Shown here: piece after piece, positions 10,407-20,182 of the stretch
How positions within the stretch are numbered: position 1 is the first letter of the stretch
Layout of the letters: each line of letters starts with the position of its first letter
IMG/VR virus record: IMGVR_UViG_3300020577_007133
Location: 40,773 to 104,772 of that record
Reading direction: 5' to 3' (one strand)
DNA length: 64,000 nt
Source of the DNA: a virus
Taxonomy: Duplodnaviria > Caudoviricetes
The notes under the pieces: model-generated
Told to the model about the DNA's origin: nothing
What the model saw: only the letters and a program-made list of their open reading frames with translations
The model's database searches: none
Position numbers and translations under genes: made by a program

Positions 10407-10616
10407 ATGGACGAAAAGTATTTCATTGCAAAAATTGCGTTAGAGACCGTGGATAATGAATCCGGTAAAGTAAAAATTAAAAGAGAAGAAAAATTAGTGA
10501 GTGGGTACAACCCTACAGATGTGGAGGCAAAAGTTACTAAAGTTTTTGAAAACTACACAATGGATTGGAGAATCACTGCAATTGTTGAAAGTAAAATTGA
10601 TGAAGTGATAGAGTAA
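10407..10616 (+). CDS. small protein resembling the Bacteroidota DUF4494 family
   Basis: Pattern YFIAKI......GKVK...EEKLV....TDVEAKV.......WRITAIVESKIDEV recognised by eye. Confidence 0.5.
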   Translation: MDEKYFIAKIALETVDNESGKVKIKREEKLVSGYNPTDVEAKVTKVFENYTMDWRITAIVESKIDEVIE

Positions 10617-10638
10617 TAATTTTATTCAATAATTTAAT

Positions 10639-10665
10639 AAAGAGGACATATCGTCCTCTTTTTTT
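10639..10665 (+). terminator. rho-independent terminator
   Basis: AAGAGGAC-atatc-GTCCTCTT followed by a T run. Confidence 0.8.
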
Positions 10666-10751
10666 ATGCTTTTTAATTTTTTGATAATATTTATAGAAAT
10701 ATAAAAACCTGTTATGAATTTAGTAAAAATTGAACTTTTTTCATAATGGGA

Positions 10752-10760
10752 GATATTTAT
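10752..10760 (+). promoter_or_regulatory. phage promoter motif (G/A/C)TATTTAT, putative late promoter (representative copy)
   Basis: Sense-strand copies just upstream of starts at about 4387, 6202, 8154, 9640, 10752, 14469, 17397, 42640, 55892 and 62118 (+), and 15833, 17320, 22699, 38425, 42590 and 62058 (-). Confidence 0.75.
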
Positions 10761-10785
10761 ATATTAAAATAACATTAAAACAAAA

Positions 10786-12354
10786 ATGGCAAACGAAAAA
10801 TCTTTAGTTGAAGAGGCTATCATTCAAATGAAAAATTTGGAAGAAGCTGTCGCTGAGAATGCAAAAGGAATACTTGCGTCAACAATGTCGCGAGAAATCA
10901 AAGAATTAGTAAAAGAATCTCTTACTGAACAAGACGAGGATGAGATTGAAACTGACATTGATGTAGAAGAACCTTCAGGTTCTGAGGATATTGCTGACAT
11001 TGAAATGGATAGTGATGAATTAGATGATGAGGATGATGATACAGATATGGATAATATAGATATCGATATGGATATTGATGACGAAGATATGGACGACGAA
11101 GATATTGAGGATATGGACGACGAAGATATGGACGACGAAGATACCATAGATTTAACTGACGCAGACGATGAAGAAGTTTTAAGAGTGTTTCAATTAATGG
11201 GACCGGATGATAATATTGTTGTTACTAAAGACGACAAAGGAAACACCCACCTAAAAGATGAAGAAACAGGTAAAGAGTATATGATTGTTGGCGAAAGTGA
11301 AGAAGAAGAAATGGACGAGTCTTGGGATGAGGAAATGGACGAAGAGTGGGGCGGAAACAAAGATGATTTTAAAAGACGTGATGGTCATAAAATTGGTGAT
11401 GTTGACGGACACTATAAAGATTATGAATCAGACGAAGAAGAAATGGACGAGTCAATTGAATCTATCGTAGAAAGAATGTTTAATTCTGATGACGAAGATG
11501 ATGAGGAAATGGATGAAGAAATGTATGAATCTGACGACGAGGAAATGGACGAAGAAATCGTCTATGAAATTGAAATGGATGAAGAAATTGAAGAATCTAT
11601 TTATGAGTCAAAATCAACAATCAAACCTAAAGGTGTTGGTATGGGAAAACCTAAGTTCTCATATGATTCAAAACCAAATCAAGGTGAAGGTTTTAAAACT
11701 AAAATGAAAGAGGGACCAAAAACTATGGGTACCGGAAAAGCTAAATTTACTTATAAAGATGGTGAAAACGCCGGAAGTAAATTAAGTAAAAATAAAATGG
11801 TGAAAAAATCTGAAACTAAAGAAGGTTCAACTGTTAAAAAAACAGAAACTAAAGAAGCTTCAAGAACATTAGGTAATGGGTCAGCATTTAGAAAAGGAGG
11901 TTTACCAAAACCAAGAGCACATTCTAAAGTAAATTCATCAATTAAAGAAAATACTTCAAATACCGAATTACAAGTTTTAAGAGAAAAGAATGAAGAATAC
12001 AGAAAAGCTTTAGATATTTTTAGAAATAAATTAAATGAAGTTGCGGTATTTAATTCAAACTTAGCTTACGCTACTCGTTTATTTACAGAACATTCTACTT
12101 CAAAACAAGAAAAAATAAACATTTTAAGAAGATTTGATAGTGTTGAAACAATCAAAGAATCTAAAAATTTATATCAGACAATTAAAAATGAATTATCAGA
12201 AGTTGGAATTAAAACTCAGTCTGTTAATGAATCACTTGAAAGAAAAATTGCTAAAGCACCTTCAACAGGTTCAGCGGTTAACTTAATTGAATCAAAAACA
12301 TACGAGAATCCACAATTCTTGAGAATGAAAGATTTAATGTCAAAAATTAAATAA
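10786..12354 (+). CDS. prohead core/scaffold protein (gp22-like)
   Basis: Lies between protease and major capsid gene; very acidic with repeated EMDE; coiled-coil C-terminus LNEVAVFNSNLAY. Confidence 0.85.
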   Translation: MANEKSLVEEAIIQMKNLEEAVAENAKGILASTMSREIKELVKESLTEQDEDEIETDIDVEEPSGSEDIADIEMDSDELDDEDDDTDMDNIDIDMDIDDEDMDDEDIEDMDDEDMDDEDTIDLTDADDEEVLRVFQLMGPDDNIVVTKDDKGNTHLKDEETGKEYMIVGESEEEEMDESWDEEMDEEWGGNKDDFKRRDGHKIGDVDGHYKDYESDEEEMDESIESIVERMFNSDDEDDEEMDEEMYESDDEEMDEEIVYEIEMDEEIEESIYESKSTIKPKGVGMGKPKFSYDSKPNQGEGFKTKMKEGPKTMGTGKAKFTYKDGENAGSKLSKNKMVKKSETKEGSTVKKTETKEASRTLGNGSAFRKGGLPKPRAHSKVNSSIKENTSNTELQVLREKNEEYRKALDIFRNKLNEVAVFNSNLAYATRLFTEHSTSKQEKINILRRFDSVETIKESKNLYQTIKNELSEVGIKTQSVNESLERKIAKAPSTGSAVNLIESKTYENPQFLRMKDLMSKIK

Positions 12355-12389
12355 TAAATAAACTAAAAAAACAAATAAAAACCAAAAAA

Positions 12390-14207
12390 ATGGGAGCATT
12401 ATTAGAATCAGGTCTAGTTGGTAATATTGGGTTAAAACACCTTAAAGTTATCAAAGAAGATACTATCAACAAATGGGATAAATTAGGATTCCTAGAAGGT
12501 CTTAAAGGACACTTAAAAGAAAACGTAGCTCAGTTATATGAGAACCAAGCGTCTTTCTTAATTAACGAGGCAACAGGTGAAGGTTCAAACGGTTCATTCG
12601 AAACGGTTGTATTCCCTATTGTAAGAAGAGTTTTCTCTAAATTATTAGCGAACGAAATCGTATCAGTACAAGCAATGAACTTACCAATCGGTAAATTATT
12701 CTACTTTGTACCTAAAATTCAAGGTTTCTCAGGTGGAACTATTAGTCAATCAGGTGACCACTACTCACCGGTAGGTTCTCCGGGTAATTACCCTGGTAAT
12801 CCAACTAATGGTTATACAGGTGCAGGAGCATACCAAAAAAACCTTTATGATTTATTCTACGAAGGTACTGAACCAGGTTTAGACCCTGAAGGATTATTCG
12901 ACTATTCAAAAGGTAGATGGTCGGCTATTACGGCTAACTGTCAAACTGTTGCGTGGTCTAATGGTGATTTAGTAACATCAGCATATACTGCGGGAGAATT
13001 TAGAAAAATTTTAGTTGCTATGTCAGGTTTCTCATCTACGGGTGATGGAAAATTAATCGGACCTAACGGTCAAGAAATGGATACTGAAGAGTTTTTATCA
13101 GGTCTTAGATTATTCACTTCTGACTCAACTGTGGCAACACAATTAGGTACATCAACTTATAGTAATTTATTATTTAGAGTTGTAACTCAAAAATACGGTA
13201 AAGGTATTGCACAATATGGAACTACAACAACTACTACTTGGCCTACTGATGGTAATGGTGGTTCATTTAAAAACATTTGTGACGCTACAGGTGTTATCTA
13301 TTTAGAAATTGATACTCAAGTACCGGTTTGTGTTTCTTGTGGTCAATCAACACCTGATGGTTATTCAGGAGCTACTATTACAACAGCAGCTTGGTCAGGT
13401 ACAGGTGCTAGCTCACCAATTAAAGCGGCTTTCAGACGTTACGAAGAGTTAGAGTTTGAAGATAAAATCGGTGAAGTTTCTTTCGATTTAGAATCTGTTA
13501 CAGTTTCTGTTACTGAAAGAAAATTAAGAGCACAATGGTCTCCTGAGTTAGCTCAAGACGTTGCGGCTTTCCACAACATCGATGCTGAAGCTGAATTAAC
13601 AGCTTTATTATCTGAACAAGTTGCAGCAGAAATTGACCGTGAAATCTTACGTGATTTACGTAAAGGTGCAGCTTGGACATTACGTTGGGATTACAACGGA
13701 TGGAGAAGATTATCAGCAACAACTTCTTATACTCAAAAAGATTGGAACCAAACGTTAATCACTGCGATTAACCAATTATCAGCACAAATCCACAAATCTA
13801 CATTAAGAGGTGGTGCTAACTGGATTGTAGTTTCATCTGAGGTTTCAGCTATCTTTGACGATTTAGAATACTTCCACGTATCTAACGCGTCTCCTGAGCA
13901 AGACCAATACAATATGGGTATTGAAAGAGTTGGTACATTAGCAGGTCGTTACCAAGTATACCGTGACCCTTACTTCCCAGCAAACACTGTGTTAATCGGT
14001 CACAAAGGTACATCGTTACTTGATACAGGTTACATCTACGCTCCGTACGTACCGTTACAATTAACACCAACAATGTACAACCCATTCAACTTTACACCTA
14101 TTAAAGGTATAATGACACGTTACGCTAAGAAAATGGTTAACGACCGTTTCTATGGTAAAATCACAGTTGATGGTGTTAGAACATTCGATTTAAGAGAATT
14201 GAGATAA
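12390..14207 (+). CDS. major capsid protein (T4 gp23-like)
   Basis: Motifs IVSVQAMNLPIGKLFY, RKLRAQWSPELAQDVAAFHNIDAEAELTALLSEQVAAEIDREI, GYIYAPYVPL and GIMTRYA. Confidence 0.97.
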   Translation: MGALLESGLVGNIGLKHLKVIKEDTINKWDKLGFLEGLKGHLKENVAQLYENQASFLINEATGEGSNGSFETVVFPIVRRVFSKLLANEIVSVQAMNLPIGKLFYFVPKIQGFSGGTISQSGDHYSPVGSPGNYPGNPTNGYTGAGAYQKNLYDLFYEGTEPGLDPEGLFDYSKGRWSAITANCQTVAWSNGDLVTSAYTAGEFRKILVAMSGFSSTGDGKLIGPNGQEMDTEEFLSGLRLFTSDSTVATQLGTSTYSNLLFRVVTQKYGKGIAQYGTTTTTTWPTDGNGGSFKNICDATGVIYLEIDTQVPVCVSCGQSTPDGYSGATITTAAWSGTGASSPIKAAFRRYEELEFEDKIGEVSFDLESVTVSVTERKLRAQWSPELAQDVAAFHNIDAEAELTALLSEQVAAEIDREILRDLRKGAAWTLRWDYNGWRRLSATTSYTQKDWNQTLITAINQLSAQIHKSTLRGGANWIVVSSEVSAIFDDLEYFHVSNASPEQDQYNMGIERVGTLAGRYQVYRDPYFPANTVLIGHKGTSLLDTGYIYAPYVPLQLTPTMYNPFNFTPIKGIMTRYAKKMVNDRFYGKITVDGVRTFDLRELR

Positions 14208-14224
14208 TCAAAATCTTAAAATAT

Positions 14225-14254
14225 AAAAAAAGAGGACTATATGTCCTCTTTTTT
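14225..14254. terminator. bidirectional rho-independent terminator after the major capsid gene
   Basis: A run + AGAGGAC-tatat-GTCCTCT + T run between convergent genes. Confidence 0.85.
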
Positions 14255-14455
14255 ATTTGTTACCCTAATCGCTTTGGATAAGACCTCACATTCACCCAAT
14301 GAATATATTCCGGATTGATATGCGTATTTAACGGCTTGTGTTAAATAATAAATTCCGTGTTCTTTTGTCATAGTTGATATGATAGCATCCAAATGTTGTT
14401 CTGTTTGTATTGGGATAGATTCAAATAATTTTCCGAATAAAGATTGTTCTTCCAT
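14237..14455 (-). CDS. hypothetical protein
   Basis: 72 aa ORF with ATG start, ends in the terminator. Confidence 0.6.
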   Translation of the reverse strand: MEEQSLFGKLFESIPIQTEQHLDAIISTMTKEHGIYYLTQAVKYAYQSGIYSLGECEVLSKAIRVTNKKEDI

Positions 14456-14483
14456 TTTAGTATTTTTAGATATTTATAATTAT

Positions 14484-14867
14484 ATGAAAAAAAATAACAA
14501 AATACAGATTACAGAAGCAACCGGTGATAGTTCCGGGGGAAGAGGTTCTTATGTCGCACCAATGCAATTGGGTATTAGACAATTTAAAAAATCTCAGATG
14601 GGGCCGTTTACCATTCCGGTATCCAAATACGATAGTCCGGAATTAGAGTACGATAGTTATGATGGTTCGATGGATGAAACAAATAAACAGATTAAGAAAA
14701 TAGAATCCAAAGCAAAAAAAGTAACTAATTATATTAAAAAACACCCAAATTCAACATTTAGTGATGATGAAGGTAATAATATAAATCAAACTCCCGGTAA
14801 AAATAAAACCATTGTCCCAATTATTGGAGAATGGATTGAGATAACCCAAGATACTATTATAGAATAA
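14484..14867 (+). CDS. hypothetical protein, putative internal head protein
   Basis: Likely start MKKNNKIQITEA at 14484, directly after GATATTTATA (14469-14478). Confidence 0.65.
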   Translation: MKKNNKIQITEATGDSSGGRGSYVAPMQLGIRQFKKSQMGPFTIPVSKYDSPELEYDSYDGSMDETNKQIKKIESKAKKVTNYIKKHPNSTFSDDEGNNINQTPGKNKTIVPIIGEWIEITQDTIIE

Positions 14868-14896
14868 AAAACCCCTACTCTAAAGAGGGGTTTTTT
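14866..14896. terminator. bidirectional terminator
   Basis: AAAAACCCCT-loop-AGGGGTTTTT between convergent genes. Confidence 0.75.
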
Positions 14897-15318
14897 GTTT
14901 TAATCAAAATTTTATTTTTTAGTTTTGATAATGAATATTCAACCTGTGATTTCATTTGGTCAATTCTCTTCATTCTATTTTCTTGTACTTTATTGTCGTA
15001 CATATTAATCATTTTTTTCCATTCTCTATCACTTAATGGTATATTACTATAATAACATACGTGATTAATTATTGTTATTTTTTTATCATCAAGTATTATA
15101 AAAATGCCCAATTTTTTATTCTCAACTATTCTGTGTGATGATAAAGGTGCAATCTCGTAAATTGAGTTAATATGTCTAAGTACGTTCCGGAAAATGAATT
15201 TACAATCATTAATATCGGCTAATCTTCCCGGGTCAACAATATCATAAAAGTTTTTTAACTCTAAAAGTTTTTTCTTAACTCTTCTTCGTTTTATTTTACG
15301 TTTTAAAAATTTTATCAT
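14875..15318 (-). CDS. basic hypothetical protein
   Basis: Likely start MIKFLKRK at 15318, downstream of a Bacteroidota-type promoter. Confidence 0.6.
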   Translation of the reverse strand: MIKFLKRKIKRRRVKKKLLELKNFYDIVDPGRLADINDCKFIFRNVLRHINSIYEIAPLSSHRIVENKKLGIFIILDDKKITIINHVCYYSNIPLSDREWKKMINMYDNKVQENRMKRIDQMKSQVEYSLSKLKNKILIKTKNPSLE

Positions 15319-15336
15319 AACTTTAAAATTATTGGA

Positions 15337-15367
15337 CAAATATACGAATAAAAAAATAAACACCAAA
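15337..15367 (-). promoter_or_regulatory. Bacteroidota housekeeping-type promoter (-33/-7)
   Basis: Minus strand TTTG-N19-TATATTTG matches TTTG-N19/21-TAnnTTTG. Confidence 0.65.
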
Positions 15368-15423
15368 AAAAAATGGAAAAAAATTAATTTTTCCATTTTA
15401 AATAATTTTTTTCCTATAACTTT

Positions 15424-15810
15424 TTAATTATTTAAACCATTAAAACCTCCAATACTCACCGTATTATTTTGGGAAATTGCACGATTTTGAGAATTAACAT
15501 ATATTGCGTGAGGAACAGTTGTTGCAGTAACTGATTCAACTGAATCGCAACTTGTACAATTTATTGACGTAATACCTGCACTATTGGCCGGTGTTATACA
15601 TTGTGTACAAGAAGTGTATGGTCCATATGCTAATGTTAGTGTAGAATCATTTGTTGTTGTTACACCTGATGATGATATTGTGATACATCTACCATCATTA
15701 ACTTGATAAATTCTGTTAATCGGGTTTGCAGTTATAATTAAATCATCCGTAATGAAAGTTATTGAGGTACTATCATTACAAGTTGTTGCTGTAAAATATC
15801 TATTTGCCAT
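15424..15810 (-). CDS. small Cys/Thr-rich putative virion protein
   Basis: 128 aa; YTSCTQC and CTSC motifs; GATATTTAT upstream. Confidence 0.65.
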   Translation of the reverse strand: MANRYFTATTCNDSTSITFITDDLIITANPINRIYQVNDGRCITISSSGVTTTNDSTLTLAYGPYTSCTQCITPANSAGITSINCTSCDSVESVTATTVPHAIYVNSQNRAISQNNTVSIGGFNGLNN

Positions 15811-15836
15811 AATGTTTTTTATTTATAAATATCTAA

Positions 15837-17297
15837 TTATTCCAAATACTTTAAATTTACTATTTGGAATTTAATTTGTTTTTTATATGTATTTATTTCA
15901 CCACTACTTATCACTTTTAAATCAATATAATATTCATTAGGTATTTTGTCTCTAGTGTCAAATATAAAGTAATATTCGTTTGGTGTTCTATTTATTTTAG
16001 TCCAATCCTGAACTTCAACCTCGGTTTGACCTTCACGTACATATACCCGATAATAAGCCTCTACGTTTGGTAATAATTTTTGAGTGGTATATGCTTGTTT
16101 AATAACAACTCCGACTTTTCTAATATCAGTATTATATATTTTTTCATCCTGTTTAATTCCGTAAAAATCAAAACCATACACTTTGGGTTCTTGTGTTGTG
16201 GTACCAATTTGAATCGATTTTTTCAATGGATGAATTGTAAATGAATTTGTAACATTTGGTAATGAAAAACCATTTAAAGTTAATCCCGACCAAATATCAT
16301 AAAAAGAACAAGGGGTTTGATATCCAATCAGAGGGGGAATTGTTACTTCATAGACACCTTTGGTTCTTTGGCACACATCTAAATAAGGGGTTGATAATCC
16401 TAATATTGGTGTTCCATTTGCATCGGATATAGAAACTGAAGGTAATGAGTCTAAGTTAATAGGGTTACCATCTTCATAAAGATATAGATACAACTTATTA
16501 ACTTTACCTAATGAGAATGAATTTCTATCATCTTCAATTAAGTCATCATAGTTAGTTTCTAAGAATGGTTCGTAGAATGTTTGAGTATGTCTAGTAAAGA
16601 ATTGTACTTCGTAGTTCTCAGTTAATCCTGTTAGGTTTTCCACTTGTGGTAGATAAGCAATTCCCCACCCGGTAACATTAGTTAATTGACCGGTTAAAAT
16701 ACTGTTAATTTCATTCGTCATATCAAATGAAATATTTTCATTACCAAATTGGAAATGTTGAGTATCCACGATTGTTAATGCACTATAAGGGAACATTCCG
16801 GTATTCTTATTGTTATAGATACCCGGTTCAGTCCAACCACCGATTGTTGTTGTTTGAATCCAATTGGAAGGTCTTGTAGAGAAGTTTTTATCTGAATTAC
16901 TATAATCGTAAATTAAGTCGGCAAAATCATAACCAACACCTTCATCCCATATTTGGTTATCCGGTATTCTAAATAGAATTAAGTCAAATGATGTTGCACG
17001 TAATCTACCTTGGGAAGTACTCGTATTTAATGTTTCAAGATTAAATGTTGAAGTATTAACCATTCTTAATGTGTGGGTCATACCATCAGTACAAGTTGTA
17101 GATATTGTTCCATCGGCAACCTTTTCTTGAAGAAGTGTAAGGTCTAAATCAAATATGAAACGACTATAACCATTTGGGTACTGTGATGTCGCCAACGAAC
17201 CATAAAATAGTTCAGTCACCGGGTTTCTTCCGGTGTTGGTTAAACTATTTGATATGATTGTATTGTTTTTACTAAAATAGGAATTGTTAATTGACAT
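15837..17297 (-). CDS. putative structural (tail/baseplate-associated) protein
   Basis: Beta-rich ORF; likely ATG at 17297 (MSINNSYF) after GATATTTAT at 17320-17312; next to the baseplate hub gene. Confidence 0.6.
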   Translation of the reverse strand: MSINNSYFSKNNTIISNSLTNTGRNPVTELFYGSLATSQYPNGYSRFIFDLDLTLLQEKVADGTISTTCTDGMTHTLRMVNTSTFNLETLNTSTSQGRLRATSFDLILFRIPDNQIWDEGVGYDFADLIYDYSNSDKNFSTRPSNWIQTTTIGGWTEPGIYNNKNTGMFPYSALTIVDTQHFQFGNENISFDMTNEINSILTGQLTNVTGWGIAYLPQVENLTGLTENYEVQFFTRHTQTFYEPFLETNYDDLIEDDRNSFSLGKVNKLYLYLYEDGNPINLDSLPSVSISDANGTPILGLSTPYLDVCQRTKGVYEVTIPPLIGYQTPCSFYDIWSGLTLNGFSLPNVTNSFTIHPLKKSIQIGTTTQEPKVYGFDFYGIKQDEKIYNTDIRKVGVVIKQAYTTQKLLPNVEAYYRVYVREGQTEVEVQDWTKINRTPNEYYFIFDTRDKIPNEYYIDLKVISSGEINTYKKQIKFQIVNLKYLE

Positions 17298-17331
17298 AAA
17301 ATGTTTTAACAATAAATATCTTCTAACTTAA

Positions 17332-18617
17332 AAACTTTTTTTATATTTTTTTTTTAGATAAAATTAATAAAAAATCTAAACTTTTACTAAATTTGTGATA
17401 TTTATATATAAGATGATTTATAAATCGTATAAATATAGAATTTATCCTAACAAACAACAAGAAGAACTTATATTAAAACATATGGGTTGTTCTCGTTGGA
17501 TTTATAATTATGGGTTGTCTCGAAAAATACATCATTACCAACAAGTCGGGAAAGGGTTATCCAAATTTGATTTAAAAAAAGACCTACCCGAACTTAAAAA
17601 AAATGAAGAAACATCTTGGTTAAAAGAGGTTAATTCTCAAACCCTACAAGCGTCATTAGAAAATTTAGATAAAGCCTTTACCAAGTTTTTTAAAGATAAA
17701 AAAGGATTTCCAAAATTTAAGTCAAAAAAAGATAACAGACAAAGTTTTAATATACCACAAAACACAATAATTGATTTTGAATCCGGAAAAATAAATTTAC
17801 CAAAATTTAAAACGGATATTAAAGTTAAGATTGATAGAGTTTTTGATGGAACAATTAAAACCAGTACAATAAGTAAAACACCAACCGGAAAATATTTTAT
17901 TTCTGTTTTGGTTGAGTCGCAACAAGAATTACCAAAGAAAAAACCATTGAGTGAAAAACAAGCCATAGGAATTGATTTAGGTGTTAAAACTTTTGCAACA
18001 TTATCAAACGGAATGGAAATAGAAAATCCAAAACATTTAAAAAAATCATTAAAAAAATTAAAGAAATTACAACGTAAAGTCTCTAAAAAACAAAAAGGAA
18101 GTAATAACAGACTAAAATCCGTTAAAAAACTAGCAATACTTCACGAGAAAATAACCAATAAAAGAATGGATTTCTTACATAAAACATCACATTATTTGGT
18201 TACAAATTTTGATACTTTATGTTTGGAAACATTAAAATCCGGTAATATGATGAAAAATCATACATTGGCTCAAGCTCTTAGTGATATATCTATTAGTAAA
18301 TTTAATGAGATGATTGATTATAAATCCGAATGGTATGGATGTAATATTTTGAGGATAGGACAATTTGAACCTAGTTCTAAAATGTGTTCTTGTGGTGTTA
18401 TAAATAAAGAATTAAAATTAAATCAAAGAGTTTGGACTTGTAATAGTTGTGGAACAACACATAATAGAGATATTCTAGCGGCAAACAATATTAAACACTT
18501 TGCTTTTACAAAAAATAATACTGCTGGAACGGCAGAAATTTACGCTTGTGGAGATATGAAAGACAATAGTCGGTCAGCCCAAGAAACCCTACAATAATTA
18601 ATTGTAAGGTGGTTCAA
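17332..18617 (+). mobile_element. IS200/IS605-family solo TnpB element (no tnpA)
   Basis: tnpB ORF; right end with hairpin CCTACAAT...ATTGTAAGG ending GGTTCAA; left boundary inferred 3' of TTAA (17328-17331). Confidence 0.6.
17413..18597 (+). CDS. tnpB: RNA-guided endonuclease TnpB
   Basis: N-terminal YKYRIYP, RuvC-I GIDLG, RuvC-II LCLETL, Zn finger SSKMCSCG..CNSCG, RuvC-III HNRDILAANNI; catalytic D-E-D intact. Confidence 0.93.
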   Translation: MIYKSYKYRIYPNKQQEELILKHMGCSRWIYNYGLSRKIHHYQQVGKGLSKFDLKKDLPELKKNEETSWLKEVNSQTLQASLENLDKAFTKFFKDKKGFPKFKSKKDNRQSFNIPQNTIIDFESGKINLPKFKTDIKVKIDRVFDGTIKTSTISKTPTGKYFISVLVESQQELPKKKPLSEKQAIGIDLGVKTFATLSNGMEIENPKHLKKSLKKLKKLQRKVSKKQKGSNNRLKSVKKLAILHEKITNKRMDFLHKTSHYLVTNFDTLCLETLKSGNMMKNHTLAQALSDISISKFNEMIDYKSEWYGCNILRIGQFEPSSKMCSCGVINKELKLNQRVWTCNSCGTTHNRDILAANNIKHFAFTKNNTAGTAEIYACGDMKDNSRSAQETLQ

Positions 18618-20182
18618 TTTATACGAATATTTTGATTTAGAACAGTATTATTTACATCGGCTAATAATTGGTTAATACTGGTTTTGGTTGTTTTGGAACC
18701 TTGGGTCGCTTCATCCGGTACCATATTAGAGTGAGGGTGAACGTGATTGTTCATAAAATCAACAATTTTTTCAATTAACTTGATTAATTCTTCACCCCTA
18801 ACAGAAGAGTACGTTTTTTCAAATAAAGTATCTCCAACACCAACAAATCTATCTTGAGGAATACCATAAAGGGTATCAGATAAATTAATAATACCTTTTG
18901 GACTACCTGAGTTTTGAGATAATAAATAAACTTTTTGAGCCCCTAATACCCCATAACTAATATCTTCACTTTGTATTTTTGAAGGGGTTATACTTTCTTC
19001 TTTTAAATCAGACTGAGGTCCAAATAATGGTTTTCCTCCTTTATTTCCGGAAACTAAAAACCAACCTTCCTCTTTTGAGTTATTAAGTTTTATATTGTTG
19101 TAGAAACGACGATAATTGATATATTCCAACACATCAGGTAATGCGGTTGATGGTGAGAATTTTTTACCGGTTTCGTAGGTTTGTTTTGATGGGGTTACAA
19201 TAAATGGAAATGCGTTTCTTAAATTCTGAATGTTATTAACGGTTATACCGGTAAATAAAATGTTTGGTGAATATATTAGTGATATGAAATCATTAATAAT
19301 TTTCACACATTCAGTAAAAGGTTTACCCATAAAAGAAACTGATTCCAATTCGGCACCATAATCCTCACCACTAGTTAAATCTAATATTGTATCAAACTTA
19401 AAATTTTGAGTATTAACTTTTGAACTTGGTTTTAGATTATATAGTTTAACAGAACCGGTAAATGAATCGGCACTCGAGTTTAGTGTAGTAATATCCCAAA
19501 CAATCATTTTTTGAACCATTTGGATATTCTCAACTAATCTATATTTTGTTTCTTTTGGTAAATTTGTTTTTGTTTGAGTGAATCTTGTTAATTGTAAAAA
19601 CGCTCTATTTTGATTTCCAACCGGGAATTTATCTTTTGATAATTCTTTTGTTTTTCCGGCACGAATTAAAACTTCATTTTCTTTAACAATAACATCGGCA
19701 GTTCCACGACCCAATAAAGCATTATCTCCCGGTTCCGGAAATACCCCTTTACTTTTATCATTACGATATTCCCCGTCTTGGTTTTTCAAACTCATACCTT
19801 GTTTGATTCTATCACCGGTTGCCAAGAATTTTTTAGCCCCTTGGTAATATTCAAATGGTGAAGTCATTGGGGATGAAAACGGACCTTGAAGATAAAATTG
19901 ATTTTTATATGGGTATTTTTTATTCATATAAATAATATGAACGTACTCATCTATTTTAGGTGTTTGACTAATATAGAAAGGTAATAAAGGTAAAAAGATT
20001 AACGGGTCTTTAGATGTCCATTTATCCGTCTCTTCATTCCAATCAGGAACTGACGCAATAATATCTTGATAGTTCTTCGTTTCAGGTATAATACGAAGTC
20101 TACCTAACATCATCGGGTCTTGGTTGTCATAAACATACCCCGGAAATAATATTTGATATTTATTTTCGTTATCTATTGTCAT
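18614..20182 (-). CDS. baseplate hub/spike protein (gp5/gpV-like)
   Basis: N-terminal OB-fold motif VYDNQDPMMLGRLRI...PKIDEYVHI; C-terminal HVHP spike-tip motif. Confidence 0.65.
   Translation of the reverse strand: MTIDNENKYQILFPGYVYDNQDPMMLGRLRIIPETKNYQDIIASVPDWNEETDKWTSKDPLIFLPLLPFYISQTPKIDEYVHIIYMNKKYPYKNQFYLQGPFSSPMTSPFEYYQGAKKFLATGDRIKQGMSLKNQDGEYRNDKSKGVFPEPGDNALLGRGTADVIVKENEVLIRAGKTKELSKDKFPVGNQNRAFLQLTRFTQTKTNLPKETKYRLVENIQMVQKMIVWDITTLNSSADSFTGSVKLYNLKPSSKVNTQNFKFDTILDLTSGEDYGAELESVSFMGKPFTECVKIINDFISLIYSPNILFTGITVNNIQNLRNAFPFIVTPSKQTYETGKKFSPSTALPDVLEYINYRRFYNNIKLNNSKEEGWFLVSGNKGGKPLFGPQSDLKEESITPSKIQSEDISYGVLGAQKVYLLSQNSGSPKGIINLSDTLYGIPQDRFVGVGDTLFEKTYSSVRGEELIKLIEKIVDFMNNHVHPHSNMVPDEATQGSKTTKTSINQLLADVNNTVLNQNIRIN

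Noticed and set aside
2618-14207. Inteins or introns in terminase, portal or capsid genes
   Set aside because: ORFs are continuous, of ordinary length, and show no intein or intron-type nuclease motifs.
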